From positions 3,344,648 through 3,408,647 of the forward strand of contig NC_052156.1 of the NCBI RefSeq assembly GCF_902713615.1: a stretch of 64,000 bases of DNA. Reading direction: 5' to 3'. Both the position numbers and the translations under genes were made by a program. This document shows positions 1 through 12,295 of this stretch, one piece after another; within the stretch, counting starts at the first letter, position 1, and the number at the start of each line of letters is the position of its first letter. The notes beneath the pieces are model-generated. The model saw only the letters and a list, made by a program, of their open reading frames with translations, was not told where the DNA came from and did no database searches. Origin of the DNA: Scyliorhinus canicula (Eukaryota).

Positions 1-519
1 TGGTTTACCCTGAATCCTCAGACTGTGACCCCTGATTCTGGACACACCCATCATTGGTAACATCTTCCCTGCATCTACTCTGTCTAGTCCCGTTAGAATT
101 TTATAAGTCTCTATGATATCCCCCCCTCATTCTTCTGAACTCCAGCGAGAACAATCCTAATCTCATCAATCTCTCCTCATATGACAGTCCCGCCATCCCA
201 GGAATCAGTCTGGTAAACCTTCGCTGCACTCCCTCGAGAGCAAGAACATCCTTCCTCAGAGAAGGAGACTAAAACTGCTCACAATACTCCAGGCGTGGCC
301 TCACCAAGGCCCTGTACAACTGCAGCAGCACATTCCTGCTTCTATACTCGAAACTCTTGCAAAGAAGGCCAACATACTATTAACCTTGTTTATCGCCTGC
401 GGCACCTGCATGCTTACCTTCAGCGACTGGTGCACAAGGACACCCAGGTCCCGCTGCACACTCCCCTCTCCCAATTTACAACCATTCAGGTAGTAATCTG
501 CCTTCCTGTTTTTACTTCC
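1..519 (-). mobile_element. CR1-clade LINE ORF2 3' fragment (runs off window start)
   Basis: Reverse complement encodes CR1 C-terminal motifs (LYRALVRPRLEY, from tactccaggcgtggcctcaccaaggccctgtaca); similar to the + strand copy at 27677-28320. Confidence 0.8.
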
Positions 520-663
520 AAATTACGATCCCGGACCAGACCCCACCAGCTGCTAGGATACCGGACAAAAAAAAACCCCAATATTTTATTTAATGTGCAA
601 GACTGCGAGGAAGAGCTACTTTGCATTCCGGAGTGACTCCGCGCACAAATAAGGATATTGTTT

Positions 664-1872
664 TGTTACGACCCCCGGGCAGGTGAACGGTCAATTCCAG
701 CCCCACAGACACCGGAGCCCCAACATCAGGGAATTAACCAATAATTTGTGTATTTTCCTGAGATATTTGACCTTTGTCTGCTCCAGTGTGTTCCAGGCAC
801 CAGATCTGTAGGTAAAACATAAAAAAAACTGTTTATAATTAACAACAAAAAAGATGAACATATAATGATAAGGATGGAACAATGGTCTACTAATCTAATT
901 ATTCCCAAAACCCCGTCCCACCTTCCACCCAGACACACGCAAGAAAAACATACAGTGGGGGTAGGGAAAGGCTTGAAAATTACAGGGGTCAAAAGGGCCT
1001 GAAATGGGTCTTTGCTGCTGAGGTAGCGGTCTTTGTAGCTGGCGATATGCCACAGACACAAAGCATTGCAATCATTGGTTGGTTAAGATCTTCTCATGTC
1101 TGCTTCAATTAGAATCGGCAGGTTGTAGAATTCTCTCTGAGGAGTCACTTCCATTTGACTGACCTCAATCTCCCACTGACGGTTCCCCTCAGGTCAATTC
1201 TAGCTTGTGTTCACCAGATGGAGTATCAGCCTTACTGAGTTGAAACTACAGTTGTCAGCGTGAGGGTTTCAAGTGGGCTTTTAAACAGCCCCTCGTCTTG
1301 TTCTGAACCCTCAGGAATCCAACAAGGGAGAGAGAATTTGGAGCACTGACTTCACAGTTCTTAAGCAGGATAGGTCACTTTCACAGGCTAGCTGGAAACA
1401 TTTAAATCGGCAGTCTTTCAAACAGAGTTTAGCACTTTCACCGACCTGGCTGGAGATATTTAAGGCAGACGTTACTTCCCCGGGCTGGCTGGAAGCGTTC
1501 AAATCGGCAGGCCAATAGCCGATAGAGCGAGAGGGTCTTGCTCTGTGCTGCTTTCCAGGTCTATATAGAACTGAGAGACAAAATGGAACTTGTCTGGTTG
1601 TTTCAGAATCTCCCAGAAACTCTGACTAACTCAACCAATCCCAAATGAGAACAGACAAGGCCCCCACAACTTCAGAGGCACCGATTGGCTGCTTGTCAAT
1701 TCCATCAAAATGACATCATGGGCTTTGCCACAGAGTATCAAGGAGAGTCCTGGGCCAGTACATTAGACCAGACTCTTTTCAGTTTGACCAAAGTCTGCAG
1801 TTTAATACAAAATCTGCAATGTTGCAGGAATTTAAAAAAAGAAATAGACAAGGATTGAACAAATTCCTTACA
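664..1872 (-). mobile_element. Solo LTR of the Gmr1-like gypsy family
   Basis: TGttacg...ccttaCA termini; flanks gttt/gtat (4-bp TSD, 1 mismatch); left end resembles the reverse complement of the LTR end at ~9560-9633 and the start of 12841-13890. Confidence 0.65.
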
Positions 1873-2346
1873 GTATATTTAAATAACTTTAACGTCATAC
1901 AATAAAATAACTCACAATTACCCGTTAAACAATATTCAAAGGTGAAAACGAAAGCCTAAACTCCTAACTGCTATCTTTTACCTCCACTCAAGCAATGCCA
2001 TCTGAGGCAAAATCCACTTTTAAGTACGGTTAGCAAACACCAGGGTTAGCTGCTGTATTCTTGAATAGAGTTCCTTTTAACAGACTGATTGGAGACAGAG
2101 AGAGAAAAAACTGATCAGGATACAGCCGGCAGCTTCTTGTCTGTGTCAGACTACTGTTTAACCTGCCAGCCTTCTCATAGACTTTGGTTCTGTTCCCAGG
2201 CAAACTCCAAACTTACTGTTTTGACAGAAGGTTCTGGTCTGTTCACAGACAGACCTCTAACTGAATCCCAAACTGATCCCAAATCTAACTGCTTCAGTCC
2301 CTGCTCCTCCCATTAACTACATCATCTTACAAAGACTACACACAAT

Positions 2347-3395
2347 GGGCTGGATTCTCCGATTTTGAGGCGATGTTTGGATGATAAAATCGGCGAGGCC
2401 CCAGCACCGATCCTCCAACCGGTGAGGGGCTAGCAACCACGCAACGTAAAACGCACGGCCTTCCCAATATAAAGGCATGGAGAATTACCGGGTCCGTGGC
2501 TGTGCATGGAGAATTACCGGGTCCGTGGCTGTGCATGGAGAATTACCGGGTCCGTGGCTGTGCATGTGCATGGCGATTACCTGCAGCGGTCGTGCCGTAC
2601 AGCCTAGCGCCTGCCATGCGCGGATCCGACCTGCCAGATAGTGCCCCCCTGGACACCCCCTCGCCACCCTCCACCAGTCCCCACAGCCCTCACCCAAGCC
2701 GACCCCCTGACCAGCGGCACGGCTTCCGTCCATCTGTGACGGTGCTGGACACAGTCCACAGTCTCCGCACTGGGTTCACGTGAACCGTGCGGTCGGGAAC
2801 GTGGCCCATTGGGGTAGGGCCTTCAGGTAATGTCTTGAGGCCTTCCCAATGGCGTGCGCGTACTCCTCGATGATGCCATTTTGGAGGGGGGGAGCATTCG
2901 GGACAAGGGTTTTTCTTGTGCAGGCAATCCGGGGTGGGCAAGCGTCCGATCAGGGGCACTATTTCCGCAGTCCCGGTCTGCGGTCTGAGTCCGCCATGGA
3001 GGACAGCAGGGCCGTTGGAGGCAGCCACCGTGTGCATGTGCGCCCTCTGATCTGGAAGTGCGGAGGCTGTATCGGCAGCTGGAACTGAGAGATCCACGAC
3101 AGCCCCCTGCCCCTCTGTGAATCGGTGGCCTTTTGACACCAGTTTTCCTGGCGTAAAAGACCACGGACTGGATTCTCCCAAAATGGGACGATGATCCCCA
3201 CGCCGGCGTAAAAATGCTGGCATTTTACTCTGCCGATTTCTGGGAATAAGTGGAGCTAATTCACAGCCCTGCAGGGGGCTAGCAGGGACCCAGAGTAATT
3301 CACACAGCTTTAACTGCGGATACGGGCCCCTGCACTTCCGGTTCCGACTCCGCGCATGCGCACTGCGGCGGCCTCCAGCGGCCGCACCGAGCGCC
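2347..3395. mobile_element. Composite truncated GC-rich MITE fragments (Harbinger-like)
   Basis: TIR-like starts gggctggattctcc at 2347 and ggactggattctcc at 3165; ~2950-3160 aligns with the 3' half of 3792-4413; contains a 29-bp x3 tandem at 2476-2565. Confidence 0.55.
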
Positions 3396-3549
3396 ATGGT
3401 AGACATAAAAACGGACTGCCTGGACCAGTCCACATGGCACCTTAGACCAGGGGTGTTTTCAGTTTGACCAAAGTCTGTTTCATTTCATTTCATAATACAA
3501 AAGCAATATCTGCAATTTAAAAGCCAACAAGACAGGAATTAAAAAGGAC

Positions 3550-3675
3550 ATTGAAATTGAAAATCGCTTATTGTCACGAGTAGGCTTCAATGAAGTTACT
3601 GTGAAAAGCCCCTAGTCGCCACATTCCGGCGCCTGTCCGGGGAGGCCAGCGATTTAGCTGAGTGAGCTAAACCAG
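3550..3675 (-). mobile_element. Short tRNA-derived SINE, internally deleted copy
   Basis: gaaaatcgcttattgtcacgagtaggcttcaatgaagttactgtgaaaagcccctagtcgccacattccggcgcc; same family as 11587-11766 and 26978-27158. Confidence 0.7.
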
Positions 3676-3791
3676 ACATAAGGACCAGACAAAGATTTAA
3701 AAGAGGTTCCTTACACTGGGTTGGAAAAATGTTTCCTAAAACACTAACTAATATGTCTCAGAGGAAGTCTAGGCAAACATTCTGACTCATG

Positions 3792-4413
3792 GGGCTGGAT
3801 TTGCCTCACCCCAACGCCAAAATCGCATTCGGCGACAGGGCAGAGAATGCGTTTCGGTGCACAAAATCGGGAACGGCGACGGTTCTTCAATTCTCCGGCC
3901 CCCGAAAATCAGTGTCCTCGTGGAGTACACCGCGTTCAGGGAATTCCCTGAGGCCCGCCCCACGATGCTCCGCCCCAGACCGGCCGAGTTACCCGACGGT
4001 GTGGGGTACGTGTGCTCACACCGTCTGGGAATCTTGCGTGCCGTCTGCAGACTCAGTCCGGAGCCGCCAAAGTCGGGGGAGGGCTGATCGGCGGGTGGGG
4101 GGGGCGGTCCGGGGCGCGCGAGTGGCCAATACGGGGCACTATTTTGCCGGTCCAGGTCCGCGGGCTGAGTCTGCCATGGAGCACGGTGTGGCCACAGGAG
4201 GCTGCCGCTGTGCACATGCGCTGCTTCTAAACTGGAAGTGCGGGGGGGGGGGGGGCCATATCAGCAGCTAGAGCTGAGAGCTCTGTGGCAGCTGCCTGCT
4301 CGCGCCTGCAAAACGGGAAATCCATGACCTTTTGATGCCAGTTTTCCTGTAGTAAAAAACACAGTTTTCACGACGGTGTGGGAACTTTGTCCCAAAAACG
4401 GAGAATCCAGCCC
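3792..4413. mobile_element. Non-autonomous DNA transposon (MITE), PIF/Harbinger-like
   Basis: TIRs gggctggatt.../...aatccagccc; 3-bp TSD ATG at 3789-3791 and 4414-4416; GC-rich interior with no transposase. Confidence 0.75.
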
Positions 4414-5132
4414 ATGGTGTGAAAAGGGAAGGTAGTAGCACGGTTAGAAAGTGTGTTCACAGACAAGACAGAGTTATTGGGTTAATTGACGCTGTTGGAT
4501 TGGAGGAGGTTTGTGTATGGTACAGTGGGTGTTGAAGGTACATCGCTGGTTGAGACACAATTATGAAATTTGTTAATGAATGCTGAAATGATAAATAATG
4601 CTGATGAGGTCGGCATCCTTCATCGCCCTCGTGAAGATGGTGGTGAGATGGCCTCTTCGCATCAATGCAACTGAATGTCTCACAGAAACATTTCACAATT
4701 ATGTATCGGCCATGTTGGTGGGGGGCGGGGGGACTGGAGTCACTGACAGGCCCAGAAAAGGTACAGGAGGGTGGCCGGAGTCCTGCTCAAAGGGACAGCA
4801 GTGAAACAGTTGGGTTTATTGGCCAGTCCAAAGGCCTCTTGATCACTTCTCCAGATTTATCTAAACTAAATTCAAATTTTCAAACTGCCCAGATTGTGGT
4901 TTGTCCTCATGTTGTGTTAGTCAGCAGCGAAACCACTTACCTCTCGCATCAATGAATTGTAAATTGGTTTCAGGTAAGGCCAATGGAACGAGCAGACAGA
5001 CGTGCCCAGGAGGGCAAAAAAAAACATTTTGCGCGATGTCCTGCCCCTGTTAATCATCAACCCGTGATGCATGAATGTGATTCTCAAAGTTATGCTTTCA
5101 ATATATCTCACTTTGTCCCTTTCCCCATCCAG

Positions 5133-5179
5133 GGATTGGCAGCAAGTCCAGCTTCCAATCCAGTCAGGAACTCCGCACG
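5133..5179 (+). CDS. CFAP100: Tentative CFAP100 internal exon (GLAASPASNPVRNSAR)
   Basis: Polypyrimidine tract + ccag acceptor; donor gtaaag; ends in phase 2, matching the phase-2 start of exon 8262; low-conservation linker, so no motif support. Confidence 0.4.
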
Positions 5180-5409
5180 GTAAAGCTGGGCGTGAAGCAA
5201 ACCCACGACAGGAGAAAGTAAGGGCCGTGTTGGAGTCGACAAGATTGATGTTTATGATTCAGATAGGGAGACACGAGATTTCAGCCAAATGTTCCAAAGA
5301 TGGAATTTAATGGAAAGCAGACAGACAAGAGAGTTAAGTCTCCATTAATCTACATCTCTAACCGACTCTCTCTACAGGAACCAGCCACTCACTCACTGCT
5401 TAATTCACA

Positions 5410-7288
5410 GTGTCAGTGAGGGGCTGGGTGTGTCAGTGAGAGACTGGGCGTGTCAGTGAGGGACTGGGCGTGTCAGTGAGGGACTGGGTGTGTCAGTGAG
5501 GGACTAGGTGTGTCATTGAGGGACTGGGTGTGTCAGTGAGGGACTGGGTGTGTCAGTGAGGGACTGGGTGTGTCAGTGAGGGACTGGGTGTGTCAGTGAG
5601 GGACTGGGTGTGTCAGTGAGGGACTGGGTGTGTCAGTGAGGGACTGGGTGTGTCAGTGAGGGACTGGGTGTGTCAGTGAGGGGCTGGGTGTGTCAGTGAG
5701 GGGCTGGGTGTATCAGTGAGGATCTGGGTGTGTCAGGGAGAGACTGGGTGTGTCAGTGAGGGACTGAGTGTCAGTGAGGGACTGGGTGTGTCAGTGAGGC
5801 TCTGGGTGTGTCAGTGAGGGACTGGGTGTGTCAGTGAGGCTCTGGGTGTGTCAGCGAACATCTTGGCTGTGTCAGCGAGGATCTGAGTGTGTCAGTGAGG
5901 ATCTGGGTGTGTCAGTGAGGGACTGGGTGTGTCAGTGAACATCTTGGGTGTGTCAGCGAGGGACTGGGTGTGTCAGCGAGGATCTGGGTGTGTCAGTGAA
6001 CATCTTGGGTGTGCCAGTGAGGATCTGGGTGTGTCGGTGAGGGACTGGGTGTGTCGGTGAGGGACTGGGTGTGTCGGTGAGGGACTGGGTGTGTCAGTGA
6101 GGGACTGGGTGTGTCAGTGAGGGACTGGGTGTGTCAGTGAGGGACTGGGTGTGTCAGTGAGGGACTGGGTGTGTCAGTGAGGGACTGGGTGTGTCAGTGA
6201 GGGGCTGGGTGTGTCAGTGAGGGACTGAGTGTGTCAGTGAGGGACTGGGTGTGTCAGTGAGGATCTGGGTGTGTCAGTGAGGATCTGGGTGTGTCAGTGA
6301 ACATCTTGGGTGTGTCAGCGAGAACCTGGGTGTGTCAGTGAGAGACTGGGTGTGTCATTGAGGATCTGGGTGTGTCATTGAGGATCTGGGTGTGTCAGTG
6401 AGGGACTGGGTGTGTCAGTGAGGGACTGGGTGTGTCAGTGAGGGACTAGGTGTGTCAGTGAGGGACTGGGTGTGTCAGTGAGGGACTGGGTGTGTCATTA
6501 AGGAGCTGGGTGTGTCAGTGAGGGACTGGGTGTGTCAGTGAGTGACTGGGTATGTCAGTGAGAGACTGGGTGTGTCAGTGAGGGACTGGGTGTGTCAGTG
6601 AGGGACTGGGTGTGTCAGTGAGGGACTGGGTGTGTCAGTGAGGGACTGGGTGTGTCAGTGAGGGACTGGGTGTGTCAGTGAGGGACTGGGTGTGTCAGTG
6701 AGGGACTGGGTGTGTCAGTGAGGTACTGGGTGTGTCCGTGAGGGACTGGGTCTGTCAGTGAGGGACTGGGTGTGTCAGTGAGGGACTGGGTGTGTCAGTG
6801 AGGAACTGGGTGTGTCAGTGAGGGACTGGGTGTGTCAGTGAGGGACTGGGTGTGTCAGTGAGGGACTGGGTGTCAGTGAGGGACTGGGGGTGTCAGTGAG
6901 GGACTGGGTGTGTCAGTGAGGGACTGTGTGTGTCAGTGAGGGACTGGGTGTGTCAGTGAGGGACTGGGTGTGTCAGTGAGGATATGGGTGTGTCAGTGAG
7001 GGACTGGGTGTGTCAGTGAGGGACTGGGTGTGTCCGTGAGGGACTGGGTCTGTCAGTGAGGGACTGGGGGTGTCAGTGAGGATATGGGTGTGTCAGTGAG
7101 GGGCTGGGTGTGTCAGTGAGGGACTGGGTGTGTCAGTGAGGGACTGGGTGTGTCAGTGAGAGACTGGGTGTGTCAGTGAGGGACTGGGTGTGTCAGTGAG
7201 GGACTGGGTGTGTCAGTGAGGGACTGGGTGTGTCAGCGAGAGACTGGGTGTGTCAGTGAGGGACTGGGTGTGTCAGTGAGGTACTGGG
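5410..7288 (+). repeat. 20-bp minisatellite (gtgtcagtgagggactgggt)n, ~90+ copies
   Basis: Directly visible tandem array with variant units (ggatct, gaacatctt, agagact). Confidence 0.97.
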
Positions 7289-7883
7289 AGTGTTTGATGG
7301 GGAGAGTGCAGAGAGAGCTTTACTCTGTATCTAACCCCGTGCTGAACCTGTCCTGGGAGTGTTTGATGGGGACGGTGTAGAGGGAGCTTTACTCTGTAAC
7401 TAACCCCGTGCTGTACCTGTCCTGGGAGTGTTTGATGGGGAGAGTGTAGAGGGAACTTTACTCTGTATCTAACCTCGTGCTGTACCTGTCCTGGGAGTGT
7501 TTGATGGGGACAGTGTGGAGGGAGCTTTACTCTGTATCTAACCCCGTGCTGTACCTGTCCTGGGAGTGTTTGATGGGGACAGTGTGGAGGGAGCTTTACT
7601 CTGTATCTCACCCCGTGCTGTACCTGCCCTAGAAGTGTTCGATGGGGACAGTGTAGAGGGAGTTTACTCTGTATCTAACCCTATGCTGTACCTGTCCTGG
7701 GAGTGTTTGATGGGGACAGTGTGGAGGGAGATTTACTCTGTATCTAACCCCGTGCTGTACCTGCCCTAGGAGTGTTTGATGGGGACAGTGTAGAGGGAGC
7801 TTTACTCTGTATCTAACCCCGTGCTGTACCTGTCCTGGGAGTGTTCGATGGGGACAGTGTAGAGGGAGCTTTACTCTGTATCT
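7284..7883 (+). repeat. 69-bp tandem repeat (ctgggagtgtttgatggggacagtgtagagggagctttactctgtatctaaccccgtgctgtacctgtc), ~8.5 copies
   Basis: Direct tandem; 23-aa periodicity in ORF 7273-7611; abuts the 20-bp array. Confidence 0.95.
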
Positions 7884-8261
7884 ACGATAACTACAATGGT
7901 TGATATTTTATGTCTACCTCAGAAGGTGGTCAGATCCTGTGTTTAATTTATGAACCAATGGATTGCCGCTGTGACGGCGCAGCACTCCCTGGGAACTGCA
8001 GCGTGTCAGCCTGGATTCTGCACTCAAGTCTCTGGAATGCACCTCGAGGCCACAAGCTCAGTTTGAGGAGCAAGAACCTCTGCCCATGGAGCTACAGCTG
8101 ACCCCAAAGTGGGAGGCATATAACGCGCTGATCTGAATTGGTCTTTGTTGATGTTTGTCGAGAACTGAGGGCTGGGGGAGAGGAAGAGATGGGGTGGTAG
8201 CAGATTTTGCTGCCCTCTGTTAGTTTCTCTGTTAACCATTTATATCCTCTTGTCTCTTAAG

Positions 8262-8316
8262 GAGCGCCGTGCATTCTGCATCAAAAGACGAGGTCGAGTG
8301 GTCTGACAGTGATGAG
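8262..8316 (+). CDS. CFAP100: CFAP100 exon (SAVHSASKDEVEWSDSDE)
   Basis: tctcttaag acceptor, gtttgt donor; joins in frame to EQELYFTDP, giving the acidic SDSDEE-ELYFT motif of CCDC37/38 proteins. Confidence 0.75.
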
Positions 8317-8692
8317 GTTTGTAGAACGTACAATCCCACGGCTATTGAGAGGCGCTTTTACTCATGGCCTGAATATTGCCCACCTAAAATGCGCTGCCTG
8401 GCTGGTGCACCTCATTGCTCACTTGCTAAGCCAGCTTTCTCACCTTCTTTGTGATTGGCAACAGCACCCATGGTGATGTTTTCTTTTTGTTATCTAAAGT
8501 GTCTTAACTCAATTCATAATCCATTCAGCCCATCGTGCCCCTGGTAGCCCTTTGGAAAAGCTGTCCAATTAATCGCACTCCACTATAGCACAGCACATGC
8601 CACCTTGTCAGGTATTTATATTTATGCCATTCCCTTTTGAAAGTTATGATTGAATATGCTGCCACCGCTCATGTCACACAATTCATTCCTGG

Positions 8693-9633
8693 TGTAACGC
8701 TCCTTCCTGTCTATTCCTGTTTATTCCCTTTCTTTTATTTTTGCTGTTACAGTTTTGATCCATGGCTGTTGAATGAACCTGTGACTTTTTGGCTGAGCAG
8801 CATCCTACACCTTTAGTTCAAACAGGAAGACGCTGTTTTATATTCACATCAGTGATGGCCCGGATTGATGGATGTGGCTGAGGACAATGAATTGGCCTAA
8901 AAGGCGGTACTCTGGCCAGTAACAGGTGGCGATTGGATCTGTCCACACTGAAATGGTTCACAGGCTTAAAGAGCTTTCAGTTTCTCTTTTGGCAGCTGAG
9001 GGAGAAAGGCTTTATTTTTCCCACTCTGTTTTCTCCAGAAGTAACCAGCGAATTCTCACCAAAAGGTTACCATGAGTACGATCCCTCTCTGCAGAAAAGG
9101 CTGATGCAAGCAGAACCTGGAATCTGATACCTGTCTCTCTGCAGAACAGACTGATGTGAAACCAGGGGCCACTCCTGGAAAAGCTGTGTAAGATATTGCT
9201 AACTGCCAGGAAGATCATTACGGGATGTAAACTAGAGACTTCAAACCATGCTCACACTGTGAAGAAAGTGCACTAAATAACTCGTTATCTAAAGCAAGGA
9301 CTCTTATCTTTTAACCTAGTCCTTATTATTTTTACCTCTTTCCACCCCTCAGTGTTTGCTTATCCTGTGTGTGGGGTAGAGGGTGGGGGTAGAGGGTGGG
9401 ACAGTTAGAGGGGCAGTATTAGCTTGTCATTAAGCAGCTGTATTACTGCATATTTTCACATTTGTTCTTTTTATAAATAAACAGTAATTGTGTTTAAACT
9501 TACAGGTCCGGTGACTGTAGTTATTGGACAGACAAGGGTCAAAGATTTTGGGTATTTTTTGTAAGAATTATTGGTTGATACCAGGATGAGTGGGGTTGTA
9601 ATTTACCACGCACTTGCCCAGGGAGCCGAAACA
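8693..9633 (+). mobile_element. 5' LTR of a decayed Ty3/gypsy (Gmr1-like) provirus
   Basis: TGtaac...aaCA followed 5 nt later by a PBS; AATAAA near 9476; 3' end similar to the solo LTRs; left boundary less certain. Confidence 0.7.
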
Positions 9634-9638
9634 TAAAT

Positions 9639-9656
9639 TGGGGGCTCGTCTGGGAT
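9639..9656 (+). promoter_or_regulatory. Primer-binding site, tRNA-Pro type
   Basis: tgggggctcgtctgggat matches the canonical tRNA-Pro PBS TGGGGGCTCGTCCGGGAT at 17/18. Confidence 0.85.
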
Positions 9657-11248
9657 TTTTGGAGTGGTAGACAGCAAATTAAGGCGACAGTGTAAATTAA
9701 AAGAGACACCAGGTTTGTAGTGATTTGACAGGAAGGCTCTGGAAGCTGCTAAGAACTTCCTTAAGGTGGAAGACCTGTCTCTGGTTTAGTTAAAAGAGTT
9801 TGAAAAGACAAGTTGGTCATGTGCAGTACAATACTTTTCACTGCCCCTCGGTACACCTGGCAATAAATCAAATCAAATCAAACTGGTAGCTGAACTAAAA
9901 ACAGATACCAGCTAGAGCCAGAAAGGCGGAGTTAATTGAAGCGATTGTTCAACATCTAACAAGAGCCAACAAAGTAGTGTAGCCTCGGGGATATTTTCTG
10001 GTGGGGATGTTGAGCTGTAGAGAGTTCTGATCCAGTTAGAGCGCAAAAAGGGATTTAAAAAAAAATAGAGATGGAGATGCAGAAGAAGGAAAGGGGGCTG
10101 AAGCGAAAAGAAAGAGCAAAAGAAGTGGAGATGAAAATGAAGAGAGAGGAAAGAGAGGAAAAAGAAAAAGAGAGAGACTTGCGGCTTAAGGCACTGGGAG
10201 TGAGTGGGGAACAGCCAGAAAGTAGAGGGCAGCTTAACCCTAGAATGGAACCCAGTGGTGATATGTTTAAAGTTATTACAGGCCTCCCAAAATTCAATAA
10301 GAATGAGGGCCTTTTCAGAAAATAGCAACCCAAATGGAGTGGCCAAGAGCAAAGTGGACATTACCCCTGCAGAGTAAATTGACGGGACGGGCACAGGAAG
10401 GTTATGTTTCCCTGTCAGAGCGAGAGTCTAAGAGTTATGATGTGCGAAGAAGGCCTATTCTGGATGCAGATGAATTGGTTCGCAAAGCGGATGGGCAAAA
10501 GCGTCAGAATTCAAGGAGACAGCCGGGACAGATTTATGCTGAATTTGAAAGGGTTAAGCAGAACAATTTTGATAGGTGGGTGTGAGCATTGGGAGTTGAA
10601 ACTACCAATAGCTCTGAGAGAGGTCATGCTCTTAGAGGAGTTTAAGAGTTCGCTACCTTCTTTAGTAAGAACTCAGGTGGACGATCAGAGGGTGAAGACT
10701 GCTAGACAAGCAGCAATTATGGCTGATGATTATGAGCTAACCCATAAATGTGAATCTTTGTTCCATCACCTCCATACTTTAGGCAATGATAGGAAGTGGG
10801 AGAGTGAAAGGGAGGCAGATGGCCAAGGTAAGGGATTGACAGATGGGAATGCTTCGAGATCACCTCCTCGGACCAAGAAAGAAGGTACTGAGGGGGAAGG
10901 TGAGATTAGAAAGCCCAGGTATTACCATTGTAACAAGGTGGGACATGTTCATTCAGCATGTTGGAGGTTCCAAGGAAAACCTATGGGACTTGTGGGAATT
11001 CATAAGGAGGATTCTGAAAATGGAAGAAAAGTGGAGAATACTATAGGGCAGACTGTAGCTTTGACTGGACTTAGGAGAGCTGAGGTAAACACTGCTGTGG
11101 GAGCAGGCGTGAGGAATGAGATCTATGCTGGGTTTCTGTCTCCGGGGAAGGTCATACCATTTTCCTCAACTGACATAGCCATGCCCATAAATATCTTCTT
11201 GGATACATAAATATCATCAGCGATACAGGGGCTACTCAAACTCTCGTA

Positions 11249-11412
11249 CAAAGAACAAAGAAAAGTACAGCACAGGAACAGGCCCTTCGGCCCTCCAATC
11301 CTGCATCGACCATGCTGCCCGTCTAAACTAAAATCTTGTACACTTCCGGGGTCCGTATCCCTCTACTCCCATCCTATTTATATATTTGTCAAGATGCCCC
11401 TTAAACGTCACT
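11249..11412 (-). mobile_element. CR1 LINE 3' tail inserted in the gypsy protease
   Basis: Near-identical reverse complement of the CR1 3' end at ~45330-45490. Confidence 0.8.
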
Positions 11413-11586
11413 ATCTGGAGAAGGATTTGGTTTTCCCTCCAGAGAACTCAATGAAAGCTGAGGTATTAGTGAGTGGGATAGGTGTAAATTGTATCCTATT
11501 TCCATTGTATAAAGTACAATTGGAGTGTGATTTAGTGTCAGGTTCAGTAATTGTTGGGAATGGTAAAGGAATTCCCAGTGGAAGGA

Positions 11587-11766
11587 AATGAAATGAAAAT
11601 CGCTTATTGTCACAAGTAGGCTTCAAATGAAGTTACTGTGAAAAGCCCCTAGTCGCCACATTCTGGCGCCTGTTCAGGGAGGCTGGTACGGGAATTGAAT
11701 CGTGCTGCTGGTCTGCCTTGGTCTTCTTGCAAAGCCAGCGATTTAGCCCTGTGCTAAACCAGCCCC
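11587..11766 (-). mobile_element. Short tRNA-derived SINE, full length, inserted in the gypsy protease
   Basis: Minus strand reads ggggctggtttagcacagggctaaatcgctggc...gtgacaataagcgattttcatttcattt; protease sequence resumes after it. Confidence 0.8.
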
Positions 11767-12295
11767 TGGAGTAGACTTACCTCTGGGGAATGATTTGGCA
11801 GGAGTGAAGATTGTAGCTGCACCCATGATCACAGAGAGTCCGAGGGAAGTACTGCAGATATCACCTGAGATTCCAAAGGCAGAGCATGTGTGAGTTAGGA
11901 AAACCCATTGGGGCAGTAAGTGACTCAAAGAAAGAAATGTTGAACGACATTAACCACATATCAAGTGATAGTGATAGTGAATGTGACTCGGCTGATACTG
12001 GTGAAATTATCTCTACGGGAGATGATTCTTCACAGATATTTGTCAAAGATAAAATCGAGCAGAGAACCAGAGTCTGAGAATTCTAAGATTGATGGTGACC
12101 ATAAGAATTAGGAGTCATTCCTGGGATCGCTGTAATTCACAATAAATGTCACAGTTTGGACTCAAAAGTACAACTTCTAAATTTGTGAATGATACCATTT
12201 GAAGTGGGGGGGGGGGGGCAAGGGAGAATGCTAAACAAGGAGGATCGCAAATTACAAAGGTGTTAATAAACTTGGAAGAGCAGGCAAAGAATCAT

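Larger units (their letters stand above)
521..3715 (-). mobile_element. Probable solo LTR, interrupted by a second LTR, MITE fragments and a SINE
   Basis: Ends ...ggttccttaca like the other LTRs here; shares ttttcagtttgaccaaagtctg (~3456-3477) with the nested LTR (~1776-1797); left boundary approximate. Confidence 0.45.
9740..11900 (+). pseudogene. Disrupted gag-protease of a Gmr1-like gypsy element
   Basis: Coiled coil (10071-10325); capsid WPRAKWTLPLQSKLTGRAQEGY; SCAN-like LREVMLLEEFKSSLP...AAIMADDY; broken zinc knuckle YYHCNKVGHVHSAC; protease DTGATQTL (~11222) and GVDLPLGNDLAG (~11768); frameshifts, stops and insertions; no RT/IN seen. Confidence 0.8.

Noticed and set aside
4921-5132. 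Possible extra CFAP100 exon around tttcag|gtaagg at 4973
   Set aside because: As a donor it gives no phase-compatible open exon. As an acceptor it would extend exon 5133 in frame, but I recognise no motif; unresolved without RNA-seq.
5410-7883. CRISPR-like regular repeats (also 25282-26007 and 60469-63150)
   Set aside because: Head-to-tail units without unique spacers, no cas genes, vertebrate context.
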